Virus record (IMG/VR): IMGVR_UViG_3300030397_000424
Coordinates: 1-28,722 of that record
Origin: a virus
Taxonomy: Duplodnaviria > Caudoviricetes
Length of the DNA stretch: 28,722 bases
Reading direction: 5' to 3' (one strand)
Each line of letters opens with the position of its first letter. Position 1 is the stretch's first letter. Positions 8,908-17,976 of the stretch are shown here, in pieces. Under the pieces are notes generated by a model. The model did not search any database. It saw nothing but the letters and a program-made list of their open reading frames with translations, and was not told where the DNA came from. Position numbers and translations under genes: made by a program.

Positions 8908-10090
8908 TATTGATAGTAAATTTTCCTGTTATTTTAGGCCCTATATAATCCAAGATAAATTGAACCTTTGGTAGGATCGTAAACTCAGTCCAGACGATTG
9001 CGCCGGGAACAAGACCGCTGACTATTTGAATTACAGACTCAGTAATGTTAACAGTCTCACTAACCAACTTGATCATCCCTGTAACAGAGGAAGCAGACTC
9101 TTGTATATTCACTGTCTCTGAGATCAAGCGAACAAGGCCCTTTGCATTAATGACTGTCTCGACAACATTGACAGTCTCAGCAACAAGGCGGATAATACCA
9201 CGAGCATCTATAACAGTCTCTTGGATATTAACAGTCTCGGCTACCGAACGAGTAAGGCCACGAAGGTCAAGGACAGTCTCAGCAATGTTAACGGTTTCAG
9301 ATACTAGTCTCACGAGTCCTGTAAGACGGATGCTATCTTCGCTGATATTAACTGCTTCCGCTACTAACCTTGTAAGTCCCCTAAACGCTAATGTTCCGTG
9401 ATCTATGTTTACGGTTTCATCTACTACCTTTGTAATAGCTCCACCTGCCGCCGCCTCCTTTAACGCAACAGAAATACAGACAGAGTTAACTCCTGCAGTG
9501 AGAGTCCAAGTCTCATCCCCATAAGTTGTAGAGGCATCTCCTGTTTGATCTATATCTGCACTTGCAATCCCTGTACCGGATCCATTATTCCCTAGATTCT
9601 GTCGAAGTGTGTATCCTGAGGGGACAGCTGAATAGCGATTACCGTTTGAGTCATAGTTGCAAGTAGCTAAGATTTTAAAATCATCAGCGGATAGAACGTC
9701 CCCTGGAGCATTTGGTGTAGTATCTGTAACATTATTTCCTATACTGCTTGGAGGAGTGGTACTTCCATCACTACCAGAGTAGCGCTCCATAATGGCCGTA
9801 GCTCCATCATTCGCAGCATTACCAAAGGTGATTGTTGCATTACCAGATTCAGAGCCGCTAGCTATTTTATGGAATACAGCAGCATATACAGCGGAAGACC
9901 CTTGGTCATTGAAAGACTCCTCGAGACGAGTGAAGCCGTTATCACAAGTAGATCCTGTAGCATCGTCCCTATCTATGACTACTGAGATGATTAGGTCATC
10001 ATCAGCATTTACTGTAGCAGGAAAGGCTACCGTCATTGAAGTGCCACTGCTTACAGTATTATTAGTGGAGGCTTGATGAACAATCGCCAT
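8885..10090 (-). CDS. Virion-associated protein with seven 20-aa tandem repeats
   Basis: 401 aa: an S/T/G/D-rich N-terminal domain followed by repeats of consensus L.RLVSETVNI.E......G. Confidence 0.7.
   Translation of the reverse strand: MAIVHQASTNNTVSSGTSMTVAFPATVNADDDLIISVVIDRDDATGSTCDNGFTRLEESFNDQGSSAVYAAVFHKIASGSESGNATITFGNAANDGATAIMERYSGSDGSTTPPSSIGNNVTDTTPNAPGDVLSADDFKILATCNYDSNGNRYSAVPSGYTLRQNLGNNGSGTGIASADIDQTGDASTTYGDETWTLTAGVNSVCISVALKEAAAGGAITKVVDETVNIDHGTLAFRGLTRLVAEAVNISEDSIRLTGLVRLVSETVNIAETVLDLRGLTRSVAETVNIQETVIDARGIIRLVAETVNVVETVINAKGLVRLISETVNIQESASSVTGMIKLVSETVNITESVIQIVSGLVPGAIVWTEFTILPKVQFILDYIGPKITGKFTINNGRESDI
9020..9437 (-). repeat. 60-nt coding tandem repeat, 7 copies
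   Basis: ACAGTCTC-like words recur on the + strand at 9051, 9111, 9171, 9231, 9291, 9351 and 9411 (exact 60-nt period). Confidence 0.85.
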
Positions 10091-11985
10091 TAAACAACTC
10101 CTCGATTAGGAGCAACAAGATTACCTGCTTGGACGCGCCGCTGTACCTGCTCAGGGGTCTGAACTTGAATCTCAGTATTGATGAATTGATCTACAGACTT
10201 AGCACCGAGCTGTCTTGCGATGTGCATAACGAGACGATTCATATCCAGCGACTGTAGAACCTGTGGCACTGATCCCGCAACCTGTAGGAACTGAATCCAA
10301 GCCTGTGCATCTTCACGTCCAGGGATTGTACCGTCCCCAACCATCACATCAAACGGGCCTCCAAGGAGATCACCAAACTCAACACGCAGCTGGTCTCCTG
10401 GAGCTCTCTGTCCAGGGAAGATCCTGCGGAGCACATCACCAAGCTGGCCAGTAGTGTTAAGGAATACCGGCTCGGTCATGAACTGCTGGTTGTGAGCAAC
10501 AAACATGCGTCCGAGCGGCCTCATATACTGCCAGGATATAAGCTGCGCATCCTTCTCCAGTCGTGACAACTGCGAGGTTCTTGCAGCCTGTGCCTGAGCA
10601 GAAGAGATTCTTGGGCCTTGGTTAACGACGTTGCCTCTCAGAGCGTCGGGGGTTCCTGCTGCTTCATTCCCCATAGCTCGTAGGAAAGCAACATCGCTCA
10701 TGTTATTCTGAGTGAGGTCTTGAATCTTAATCTGACCCCAATAATTATCAATGCCTCCACGACCCCAGGCTGCCTTCCTCAGGCGAATCCGTTTCCCTGG
10801 TTTCGGATCAAGCATATCCCTCTCATTCAGCATCATTGGATCATAGATGATCTCGTTATTCACCGAGCGTTTGACGTTCTCGATGTGAGAGCTGAAGAGG
10901 AAGTTAATGTGCTCCTGCATATCGTGGACAGATCCCAAGCGGGATATAGGAGCTGCGGTGTATCCATCAGTGTCAGGTGCTCCGACCGCCACAGGGAATT
11001 TCCCGTGGTGTAGTCCTGTTGGTCGTGCGCAGATAACAACTGCATCTCCCGCAAGGGCAAACAGCCATTTCTCCGGTTCCTTCCCCCGACCGAGTTTCCA
11101 CTCCTCCGGGATCAGGTCTACATACAACCAAAGGACATCGATCGGACGCTCCTGATCCACTGATGATTCACCAAATCTAGGTGGTGCAGTCTGATGATTA
11201 AAGGTACCTGACGTACCGTCGATGAGCTTCAGATACTGCACGTTGAAGAACATGTCAGGGTTTTGGAGTTCGGCATTCCTCAGGCGAGGGTACGTTGTCC
11301 TTGAGACCCAGCCGATAAACTCACCGCGCTGTGGGTCATGTGCAGGAACGTTTGGATCAAGGATCAGACGATACGGATCAATCTCCATAAGGTCGTTACC
11401 CTCGGTTAAGACTTCAAGATTACCTGGAACTCGATTCCCTTGTGGATCAACTATTGTCTGACGAACGAGGTCTTTATGCCACTTTGCATGGGAGGCTCCT
11501 ACCCCATAAGCAAACATGTCCCGCATAGCAGGGTAAAGTTTCATCGGGAGGCTGTTCCGTCTAGCATGGACATTAATGACCTCTTGGTGAAGCATAGACT
11601 TGACTACGTCTTCAGGGCCAGTACCAACAAAGCTCCAGATTGGATCCTGGATGAATGCAGCCATCATATATGTAAGGATGGTCTCAAGCGTGATCTTCGA
11701 GACAGGGACGATGATCTTCTTGTAGCCTCCATCTTCATCATTCTCTTGGAGCTCTTCCGGCTCGACGTAGGCTCGTAGCATACTATCAATTTCCTTCCAG
11801 TCAGCATGGCGAGGTTGCATACGCTGCCAACCCCTCGTAGCTTTATCTAAAAGCTTCATAGCCAGCTCACTATGGAACGTCTGGCGAGGCCCTAACTGAA
11901 GTCTGTTTGGGTATCTGTACTGAAACTCATTTCCCCTTAGTGGGTTGAGTCTAGTAGCGATTTCTCCCTGTCGTGCAATAGGCAT
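10090..11985 (-). CDS. Portal protein
   Basis: 631 aa with DMFAYGVG, IDPYRLILDP, HDMQEHINFLFSSHIENVKRSVNN and AAGTPDALRG motifs, downstream of the terminase gene. Confidence 0.88.
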   Translation of the reverse strand: MPIARQGEIATRLNPLRGNEFQYRYPNRLQLGPRQTFHSELAMKLLDKATRGWQRMQPRHADWKEIDSMLRAYVEPEELQENDEDGGYKKIIVPVSKITLETILTYMMAAFIQDPIWSFVGTGPEDVVKSMLHQEVINVHARRNSLPMKLYPAMRDMFAYGVGASHAKWHKDLVRQTIVDPQGNRVPGNLEVLTEGNDLMEIDPYRLILDPNVPAHDPQRGEFIGWVSRTTYPRLRNAELQNPDMFFNVQYLKLIDGTSGTFNHQTAPPRFGESSVDQERPIDVLWLYVDLIPEEWKLGRGKEPEKWLFALAGDAVVICARPTGLHHGKFPVAVGAPDTDGYTAAPISRLGSVHDMQEHINFLFSSHIENVKRSVNNEIIYDPMMLNERDMLDPKPGKRIRLRKAAWGRGGIDNYWGQIKIQDLTQNNMSDVAFLRAMGNEAAGTPDALRGNVVNQGPRISSAQAQAARTSQLSRLEKDAQLISWQYMRPLGRMFVAHNQQFMTEPVFLNTTGQLGDVLRRIFPGQRAPGDQLRVEFGDLLGGPFDVMVGDGTIPGREDAQAWIQFLQVAGSVPQVLQSLDMNRLVMHIARQLGAKSVDQFINTEIQVQTPEQVQRRVQAGNLVAPNRGVV

Positions 11986-11986
11986 T

Positions 11987-12340
11987 TTATTTCGCGCTGA
12001 AAACTCTTATGTACCCTGTCGTTGTACCGATTGTGACCTCGATCCAGCCTAGTTCGGTAGCACTGGTAAACCCGGCATCAAGCAAGGATGCATTTGCTGT
12101 GGCCCCCTCAACAGTGAGATGATCCGCGGCAAGGGTGGTGAAACTTCCTGTGCTCGGACTACTAGCACCAATGGCTGTGGCGTCGATGCTTCCTCCATCA
12201 ATATCGACTGAGGCCGCTGATTGACCAGCGATATCGCTAAGCTCAAAAGTGCCCGTCGCAGTTTCAAGTCGAAGGAAAGCGACTGTATCATCCCAATAGA
12301 AAGGGCCAAGTGTGCCTGCCCACCAGCGTCTTCGAGCCAT
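11987..12340 (-). CDS. Hypothetical virion protein
   Basis: 117 aa with IDGGSIDATAIGASSPSTGSFTTL (a motif common in phage fibre proteins) and GWIEVTIGTTTGYIRVF. Confidence 0.6.
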   Translation of the reverse strand: MARRRWWAGTLGPFYWDDTVAFLRLETATGTFELSDIAGQSAASVDIDGGSIDATAIGASSPSTGSFTTLAADHLTVEGATANASLLDAGFTSATELGWIEVTIGTTTGYIRVFSAK

Positions 12341-12355
12341 GTCATATCATAGGAA

Positions 12356-12370
12356 CTTTATTGATTAAAG
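12356..12370 (-). promoter_or_regulatory. Palindromic box variant CTTTAATCAATAAAG-TTCCT-ATG
   Basis: One mismatch from the 7801 copy with the same TTCCTATG tail, overlapping the terminase stop codon. Confidence 0.65.
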
Positions 12371-13888
12371 TACCCTCCAACTGTCCATTAGTCGAGGGTT
12401 TACGTAGTCGTCAGCATCCTCATATAGCTCTGCGTACTCAGCTTCAATAGCAGCTTCTTGGTTGCCTTCTGGTACAGCATCGTGCCATTCCATGTATCGA
12501 GCTCCTTCTTCTAATATGTAGGGAATGTAACCCACAGCGTCCATAACGTCCCACAGCTTAGCATTCGGAAATTGCATGAGCTGGCCTTCCAGGACGGAGC
12601 AGACTAACTTATTGTGCCATATGAGGCCCTGACGATAATAAGGAGCTAAGGTCTTGATTCTTGCAATCTTACCTTTCTCAGATACCCCACCTTTTGCATG
12701 AAGTTCCATCACCTCAGCAAAGATGCCCTCAGATCGAAGATAGTTCTTGATAGGGTGCATTACCCATTGATTCAGGCCAGTCACCTCAATCCCGATGAGG
12801 TCAACATTATAGCCTGTAATCATAGCGCCCATCCTATTGAGAATTTCATCTACATGCCACTTGCCTCGTTGAATATCCCGAATATAGATCTTGTGTGCTT
12901 TAAGATCGAGGGTGACAAGAACAAGCGCTGAGTCTGCACTCTTTGGGTTATCTGTCTTGGCGGGGTCAAGGATGAGGAGGTGCTCAAGTCCCTTCTTGTA
13001 AAAGTTTATATGACCTGGATCGTAATGCTGAAAGAAGTCAGGATTGAAGGTTGCATCCTCTTTTGGAGGAGTTGGCATATTCCTGAGCTCACGATAGAAG
13101 ACATCAAGGATACCATCCTCTTTATGCTGTTCGTACTCTTCCTTTAGTTCCTCATCAGTATATAAGTGAGGTGCATTAGACTTAAAGTTATCATCACAGA
13201 TCTCAAGGACAAGGGAATGCCACTTACCTGAGTCTACTAGTTTCATCAGGATACTATCATGGTGGAGGACAGTCCCGATATATTTAAATCTCCAATCTTT
13301 CTTCCTTTTATCAATACACTTCAGCACATCCGCATTAAGCCACTCCCAACGTTCCTTCCTGATCTTAGGGTTCTTCATCTCCTTTGACTTCTCGAGGTCA
13401 TCGAAGATCAGGCGGTCTGGACGAAAGCCCCTCCAGTTCTGTCCCCTTACCTGTTGACCACCACCGCGAGGGAATATACAACAGTCATGCTCAGGGGTAG
13501 ATATAACCCACATCTCCTTACTCCAATCCCTTGTCTTAACATCCCCAAAGAGCTTGATGATATTCTCATTATGGGTGAGCTGGTATTTGAGGTTTTCTGC
13601 TTGCTGCTGTGCTAAGTCTTCAGTTGCTGAGATAGGTACGATATAGCGGGCACCCCCAAGAAGAGCCTCAACAGTGGGGTAAACAAGGTTGGTCAGCGAG
13701 GTCTTGCCTATCCCACGTGGCGCTGCTAAGGCATTATGTTGTGCTGGATGTTGGAGATGGTTCCTAATTTGATAATGGATAGGGTCGAACGGAGCATAGA
13801 ACGTTTCAGGATACAGGATCTTTGCTGCCTTAAGGAGGTCAGTTCGACACTCAAGGATTAGTTGTTGTATCTCTGTTAATGGCTCCAT
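12365..13888 (-). CDS. terL: Terminase large subunit
   Basis: Walker A APRGIGKT, VRG...RPDRLIFDDLE Walker B, nuclease-domain LILDPA and WDVMDA. The ATG at 13888 (MEPLTE) is preferred over the TTG at 13930. Confidence 0.93.
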   Translation of the reverse strand: MEPLTEIQQLILECRTDLLKAAKILYPETFYAPFDPIHYQIRNHLQHPAQHNALAAPRGIGKTSLTNLVYPTVEALLGGARYIVPISATEDLAQQQAENLKYQLTHNENIIKLFGDVKTRDWSKEMWVISTPEHDCCIFPRGGGQQVRGQNWRGFRPDRLIFDDLEKSKEMKNPKIRKERWEWLNADVLKCIDKRKKDWRFKYIGTVLHHDSILMKLVDSGKWHSLVLEICDDNFKSNAPHLYTDEELKEEYEQHKEDGILDVFYRELRNMPTPPKEDATFNPDFFQHYDPGHINFYKKGLEHLLILDPAKTDNPKSADSALVLVTLDLKAHKIYIRDIQRGKWHVDEILNRMGAMITGYNVDLIGIEVTGLNQWVMHPIKNYLRSEGIFAEVMELHAKGGVSEKGKIARIKTLAPYYRQGLIWHNKLVCSVLEGQLMQFPNAKLWDVMDAVGYIPYILEEGARYMEWHDAVPEGNQEAAIEAEYAELYEDADDYVNPRLMDSWRVL

Positions 13889-14093
13889 AGTCTGACATCG
13901 GTAATTCGCAGGACGGTGGCTCCTCGACAAAAGGTAATCCTAATGATTCAGCTCTAATCTTACGGTTCCACCAATCTGCATGTAAGGCTAGACAAAGCTC
14001 TAAATTAATAGGGTCTCTTGTTGTATCTTCAGGTACTAATGAACAACTAGTCAAGAGACAAACTATAAGTGAGAAGGGGATAAAACGTTTCAT
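13851..14093 (-). CDS. Small lipoprotein
   Basis: Start at ATG 14093: MKRFIPFSLIVCLLTS-C, a signal peptide with lipobox; 80 aa. Confidence 0.6.
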   Translation of the reverse strand: MKRFIPFSLIVCLLTSCSLVPEDTTRDPINLELCLALHADWWNRKIRAESLGLPFVEEPPSCELPMSDYGAINRDTTTNP

Positions 14094-14104
14094 ACCCTGT
14101 TCTC

Positions 14105-14470
14105 TCACTGCATTAGCATTTTGACGAGCTCGACTATCCCTACCACACCACCTGCGGTGATAGCGGAAAAGCCTGCCATCTTGATTTGGATCTTCCAACT
14201 TGTCTCAGTGACGGTCTTCAGGTCCAAAGCCATTTGATCAGGGTTCATCTTAGCAAGCTGTAATTCGAGCTGCTGCACCCGATCTTGTAAAGCCTTATTG
14301 TCCTCGACGTGTGCTGATATAACTGCGACATCCTTCTCCATAGTCTGCATTTTGTCTCGCAGACCACCGAGCTTTCCATCCATGTCCCTCAGAGTACGGA
14401 GGAGTTCCGCGTTAACCGCATCAGCATCCTGTCCCATTAAACTCTCTAAATTATCAATGTGAGATTGCAT
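14105..14470 (-). CDS. Coiled-coil protein with C-terminal transmembrane helix (holin/XhlA-like topology)
   Basis: 121 aa with a heptad-rich N-terminus and hydrophobic MAGFSAITAGGVVGIVELV C-terminus. Confidence 0.55.
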   Translation of the reverse strand: MQSHIDNLESLMGQDADAVNAELLRTLRDMDGKLGGLRDKMQTMEKDVAVISAHVEDNKALQDRVQQLELQLAKMNPDQMALDLKTVTETSWKIQIKMAGFSAITAGGVVGIVELVKMLMQ

Positions 14471-14553
14471 AGTGCAACCAGGTATAGTGAAAGGTAGAGG
14501 GGCTCGTGCTTCTATGTACTATACACTGACCCTACAAGCTAAGGTTCCAGCCT

Positions 14554-15663
14554 CTAAGAGGGATCGACATAGAATAACTCTAGACAGTTACAGACACCTC
14601 CAGTGAAAACTCTTTCATTAGGGCCTCCAAGAGGGAGAGAAGTATCAGGAACGTCTATACTAAACCGAACTATACCATCTCCTACAGCACAATATATCTC
14701 AAGGTCTCTTTCATAAAGGACAAAGTCGATGAGACCTGAGACTACTTTAACTGAGCGCGGATTGCTGAAATCTGGATCAGCCTTAAAAATTTGATCAGCT
14801 ACTTTGTAGTACCAGGAGTTATGTGGTTGACACCAAGCAAACTTTGTTATAACAACACTATTATTATAGGTCATAAAGTACGGTTGGAGCTTTAGTAGCT
14901 GCGCATCTGGAGTAAAAGTCCTATCGAAAGAATGGAAAGTTGAACTCGCTCCACCAGCTATGTAGTGTATACCATCCTTTATATAAACAGCTCCATTAGA
15001 CCAATTGTCAAATATCTCATCGTGGAGATCCGTATACCTATCTACATAAGAGGCGTCACCTCCAAACTGAGAGAGGAGGGCATCAAACCCACCTAGGCGA
15101 CCATGACCTATAAATCCCTTCCCTATCTCATCATCCCAAGCTAAGCCAGCCGGTCCACTAGAGGAAACAGCTTCATCCATAGCCCTTAAGAAGGAACTAC
15201 TAATCCCTCTGATGTGTTTCCAGATTTCATCTTTCAGGATACCTGTGTTCTGATTTTTAAGGGTATATACAGTGATGGGATCTGTTGACCTATCTATCGT
15301 CATACAACGGATATAGGGGAATACTAATTCATTAGCGGCCCCAAAGTACTGATAGCTAGGGCTAGCTGTGGTCTGGCTGAGAGCCATATCAACTTCTCGA
15401 ACTCCAGCCCCTTGATGGAAGACAAGCTTATTATATAAAGGAGAGGGTTGATCTCCTGGGTCAGTTGGCGGTGCCTCAGGGAAAGGACACTTGACTATAT
15501 GCACCTTGGTGCTATCGGGCGTGAATACGCTCGGTGAAGGGAGCTCGTGCGTGGAAAGGGCTGGGCTCACTTTTATCGAGGATGGACAATCCGCAAGCCT
15601 GATGTGGGTGAACTTGCATTTCTCATCTGTGAGAAGCTGAACAACTCTATTAATATGTGCCAT
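14554..15663 (-). CDS. Hypothetical protein (beta-propeller-like C-terminus)
   Basis: 369 aa ORF abutting the upstream gene; no family recognised. Confidence 0.65.
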   Translation of the reverse strand: MAHINRVVQLLTDEKCKFTHIRLADCPSSIKVSPALSTHELPSPSVFTPDSTKVHIVKCPFPEAPPTDPGDQPSPLYNKLVFHQGAGVREVDMALSQTTASPSYQYFGAANELVFPYIRCMTIDRSTDPITVYTLKNQNTGILKDEIWKHIRGISSSFLRAMDEAVSSSGPAGLAWDDEIGKGFIGHGRLGGFDALLSQFGGDASYVDRYTDLHDEIFDNWSNGAVYIKDGIHYIAGGASSTFHSFDRTFTPDAQLLKLQPYFMTYNNSVVITKFAWCQPHNSWYYKVADQIFKADPDFSNPRSVKVVSGLIDFVLYERDLEIYCAVGDGIVRFSIDVPDTSLPLGGPNERVFTGGVCNCLELFYVDPS

Positions 15664-15664
15664 A

Positions 15665-16045
15665 TCATGAGAGCTCTGTGACGCCTACCCTGTAACGGAC
15701 GGTACCGTAGGCTACGTCTATTGGATCGACAGTTGGAGAGGCTGCAGTTGGCCAGACTACAAAGTCCCAGACTCCACGCCACTTGTTAGCACGGAAGGTT
15801 CCCTTCACGCCTTCAATAGCAGACTGTGGTATGTCTACCTCAAACTCATTAGTCGTCGTATTGACGTTTATATAGGTTGTATGAGATGCCTCCAATATGA
15901 GAGAGCCCTCCGCTTTATCACGGATCTGCAGCTTGGCCCCATAGCCAGTTATGCTGATGATGGAGCAAGCATTTGTCTCGAGACGGAAGTTCCACTCGAA
16001 GTCTCCGTTGGTTGAGAGGGTTATATCTAGTCTTTCAGCTGGCAT
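15665..16045 (-). CDS. Tail-associated beta-sandwich protein
   Basis: 126 aa with ITGYGAKLQIR, GVWDFVV and VAYGTVRYRVGVT, a common phage fibre-attachment module pattern. Confidence 0.6.
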   Translation of the reverse strand: MPAERLDITLSTNGDFEWNFRLETNACSIISITGYGAKLQIRDKAEGSLILEASHTTYINVNTTTNEFEVDIPQSAIEGVKGTFRANKWRGVWDFVVWPTAASPTVDPIDVAYGTVRYRVGVTELS

Positions 16046-16121
16046 CGTCTTTAGGTTCTGATGGGCCGTAGATCATATCGTAGATTATCTGCAGCATATT
16101 GTTAAGGATGTTGATCCAGGC

Positions 16122-16150
16122 ATTATAGTATATGACAAGGGCTTGTTTAA
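16122..16150 (-). promoter_or_regulatory. Possible sigma70-type promoter
   Basis: Minus strand TTAAAC-17 nt-TATAAT in the gap upstream of the ORF starting at 16045. Confidence 0.35.
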
Positions 16151-16767
16151 TCGCCCCCAGATATATCTTCATATGGAGTCTCCGGGATCATATGGGCAGG
16201 CTGTATTTCTGCTGCACGTTTCCTCATAGCTACTATATCAGCAGGAGTCACAGTCATCGAGACATTTTCTGTTTTGGTAACTGCTTTGCTTTGGACATAT
16301 TCAAGGACAGTCTTTATAGCAGAGAGGGCTGTCTTATTGTCAGGGTCATTGATGATTATATCCTCGAGACGAGAGACACCAATACCTGCAATTTCGTCAA
16401 GCTTGTCTTTGAGGTCGATTGCCTCTTCTAGCTGGACACCCATAGCCTGTGCAATCAGGTCTTGAGCCATTGGGCTCTTGAGGGTCTTAGTTACCGTCAC
16501 CGTGCTTACCTGAACAGCGGCAGCGATTTCGTTATTTGATGAGCCTGCAATGTGCATGGCTATCATCTTATAGTGACGTGCCCTTAAGGTTTTCAGGGTT
16601 GCATAGGTAGACTTCTGTGCCTTCGGGAGCTGCACCGAGGGAACACTCTTTACAGGAAGCTCACCATTCGCGTCCATTAAAGAGGTGCTGGTAGCCTTCT
16701 CGACAACCTCTCCAGGATTGTCCAACATCGCCAGCATAGACTTCAGGAGTTCAGTTTTATCTGCCAT
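16147..16767 (-). CDS. HTH protein, putative terminase small subunit
   Basis: 206 aa with HTH-like RHYKMIAMHIAGSSNNEIAAAVQVSTVTVTKTL followed by helices. It is the first gene of the leftward morphogenesis arm. Confidence 0.55.
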   Translation of the reverse strand: MADKTELLKSMLAMLDNPGEVVEKATSTSLMDANGELPVKSVPSVQLPKAQKSTYATLKTLRARHYKMIAMHIAGSSNNEIAAAVQVSTVTVTKTLKSPMAQDLIAQAMGVQLEEAIDLKDKLDEIAGIGVSRLEDIIINDPDNKTALSAIKTVLEYVQSKAVTKTENVSMTVTPADIVAMRKRAAEIQPAHMIPETPYEDISGGD

Positions 16768-17019
16768 TGAAACGTCTCTATTATGATCTGGTATATGGTT
16801 AAGATAACAACGTCAGCTGAATGCCTAAGTTCCCCAAGCGCCCAACGAAGTTGCCGGAGGGTTCCCAGGGATTCCCTTCATCTTTATCTGAGGAGGCGAC
16901 ACTTCTGTTGAGTGCTCTGGACATATCTGTTATAAGGTTGTTTGTGTCCAGCTTCAGCTTTCGCTGGGTTCCTCGATGGGGAGACCGGGGTGGTGACGTT
17001 CCCGCTTCCGTGCCAGATA

Positions 17020-17034
17020 CTTTATTGCATAAAG
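17020..17034 (-). promoter_or_regulatory. Palindromic box variant CTTTATGCAATAAAG
   Basis: One mismatch from consensus, upstream of the leftward arm. Confidence 0.5.
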
Positions 17035-17210
17035 ACTCCTCTTTCTCTTCCCCCGACATCCTCACACATTGATGTAAAAAAGGGCAATATTGTGTACAGT
17101 CGGGACTAGCGAGTGTGCTAAGCCTGGATTCCCCCAAGGGGGGTAGGGTTCGAGTGGCCAGGATATTACACAAGAAGAAAAATCTACCCAGGGTGTGGGG
17201 ATAATCCCCA

Positions 17211-17301
17211 TGTCATTGTGACTGACCAGGATACTATACACCCTGACAATGTGACAACCTGTCATTTTGACGGGCGTTCCCGCGAGGATGACAATGTGGC
17301 A
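17211..17301. repeat. Four TG(A/T)CA-N3-TG(A/G)C boxes
   Basis: TGTCATTGTGACT 17211, TGACAATGTGACA 17244, TGTCATTTTGACG 17260 and TGACAATGTGGCA 17289; a fifth at 17567. Confidence 0.7.
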
Positions 17302-17347
17302 TGGTACGCCTGGTTATGTGAAGATCCCATGAAGTTTGAGGAAACAC

Positions 17348-17376
17348 TTGACATTCCTCGTACATTTTTGTACATT
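17348..17376 (+). promoter_or_regulatory. sigma70-type early promoter
   Basis: TTGACA-17 nt-TACATT. Confidence 0.75.
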
Positions 17377-17416
17377 GATATTGTTCGGGATAGGACGGGT
17401 TTTTGAATCCCAATTC

Positions 17417-17448
17417 CCTAGATCCTAGATTCTAGATCCCTAGATCCC
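17417..17448 (+). repeat. Tandem heptamer (C/T)CTAGAT x4
   Basis: CCTAGAT CCTAGAT TCTAGAT C CCTAGAT CCC. Confidence 0.8.
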
Positions 17449-17565
17449 GCGTTCATTGCATACTGTTTTTCCTCACCCGCGTTGCGAGGCAACTATGGGG
17501 ATTTTTCCCACCCCCGGAAGAGCCAAAGGCGCACCAACAAAGAGCCAATTTATTTTTGGAATCTC

Positions 17566-17594
17566 TTGACAATGTGAGGACTTATAGTTAAATT
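17566..17594 (+). promoter_or_regulatory. sigma70-type early promoter
   Basis: TTGACA-17 nt-TAAATT with an A/T-rich UP-like tract upstream. Confidence 0.75.
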
Positions 17595-17651
17595 GCTTTT
17601 GTTCCAATGAGGAACGTTGTTCATTTACACACGCATTGCGAGGCATTTATC

Positions 17652-17867
17652 ATGATGGATCATGTATTTTTGTTTGATATCCATGAACCCAAACGAGCCA
17701 CGAAAAAGGAGTTTTTGAAAGTCGTTGGGATGTTTGTCCAAATAGAGACTTTTAGAAGCGACAATCGTGTCTATTATTTTGTTGGGAAGTTACCGATTGG
17801 ATTCACACGAAGCACGAAACGGACTGGGTATTTTTTGACAGCTCCCGCACGTGCAATGTTACAATAA
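17652..17867 (+). CDS. Hypothetical early protein (71 aa)
   Basis: GAGG RBS at 17640 and ATG at 17652; the stop is immediately followed by hammerhead 1. Confidence 0.6.
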   Translation: MMDHVFLFDIHEPKRATKKEFLKVVGMFVQIETFRSDNRVYYFVGKLPIGFTRSTKRTGYFLTAPARAMLQ

Positions 17868-17932
17868 TCGAAACGCTCGGAAACGGGCGTCTATCGCCAA
17901 GGGATGAAAGGCGGTACTGATGAGAATCCCTT
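17868..17932 (+). ncRNA. Type II hammerhead ribozyme with pseudoknot (HH1)
   Basis: UC-GAAA (17868-73), stem III CGCUCG/CGGGCG, GUC cleavage triplet (cut after 17891), stem I UAUCGCC/GGCGGUA, core CUGAUGA (17917-23), 2-bp stem II GA/UC. Loop I AAGGGAU pairs with downstream AUCCCUU. Confidence 0.93.
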
Positions 17933-17976
17933 GTTCATTGATAAAGGGCGTTTGCCCAACAAAACAAAGAGGTTTT

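Noticed and set aside
9020-9437. CRISPR-like array from the 60-nt periodicity
   Set aside because: The repeats are degenerate at third codon positions and in frame within a CDS, so this is a protein repeat with no repeat-spacer structure.
14478-17240. CCAGG-(N)-TATA-like words at 14478, 16116, 17159 and 17226 as a late promoter
   Set aside because: Spacing is variable and similar words occur inside genes; too weak to support.
16799-17406. Track ORFs in the divergence region (16799-17173, 16821-17072, 17062-17265, 17218-17406)
   Set aside because: They overlap each other on both strands, lack clear RBSs or protein-like composition, and cover repeats and promoters. The region is probably non-coding, though one small gene cannot be excluded.
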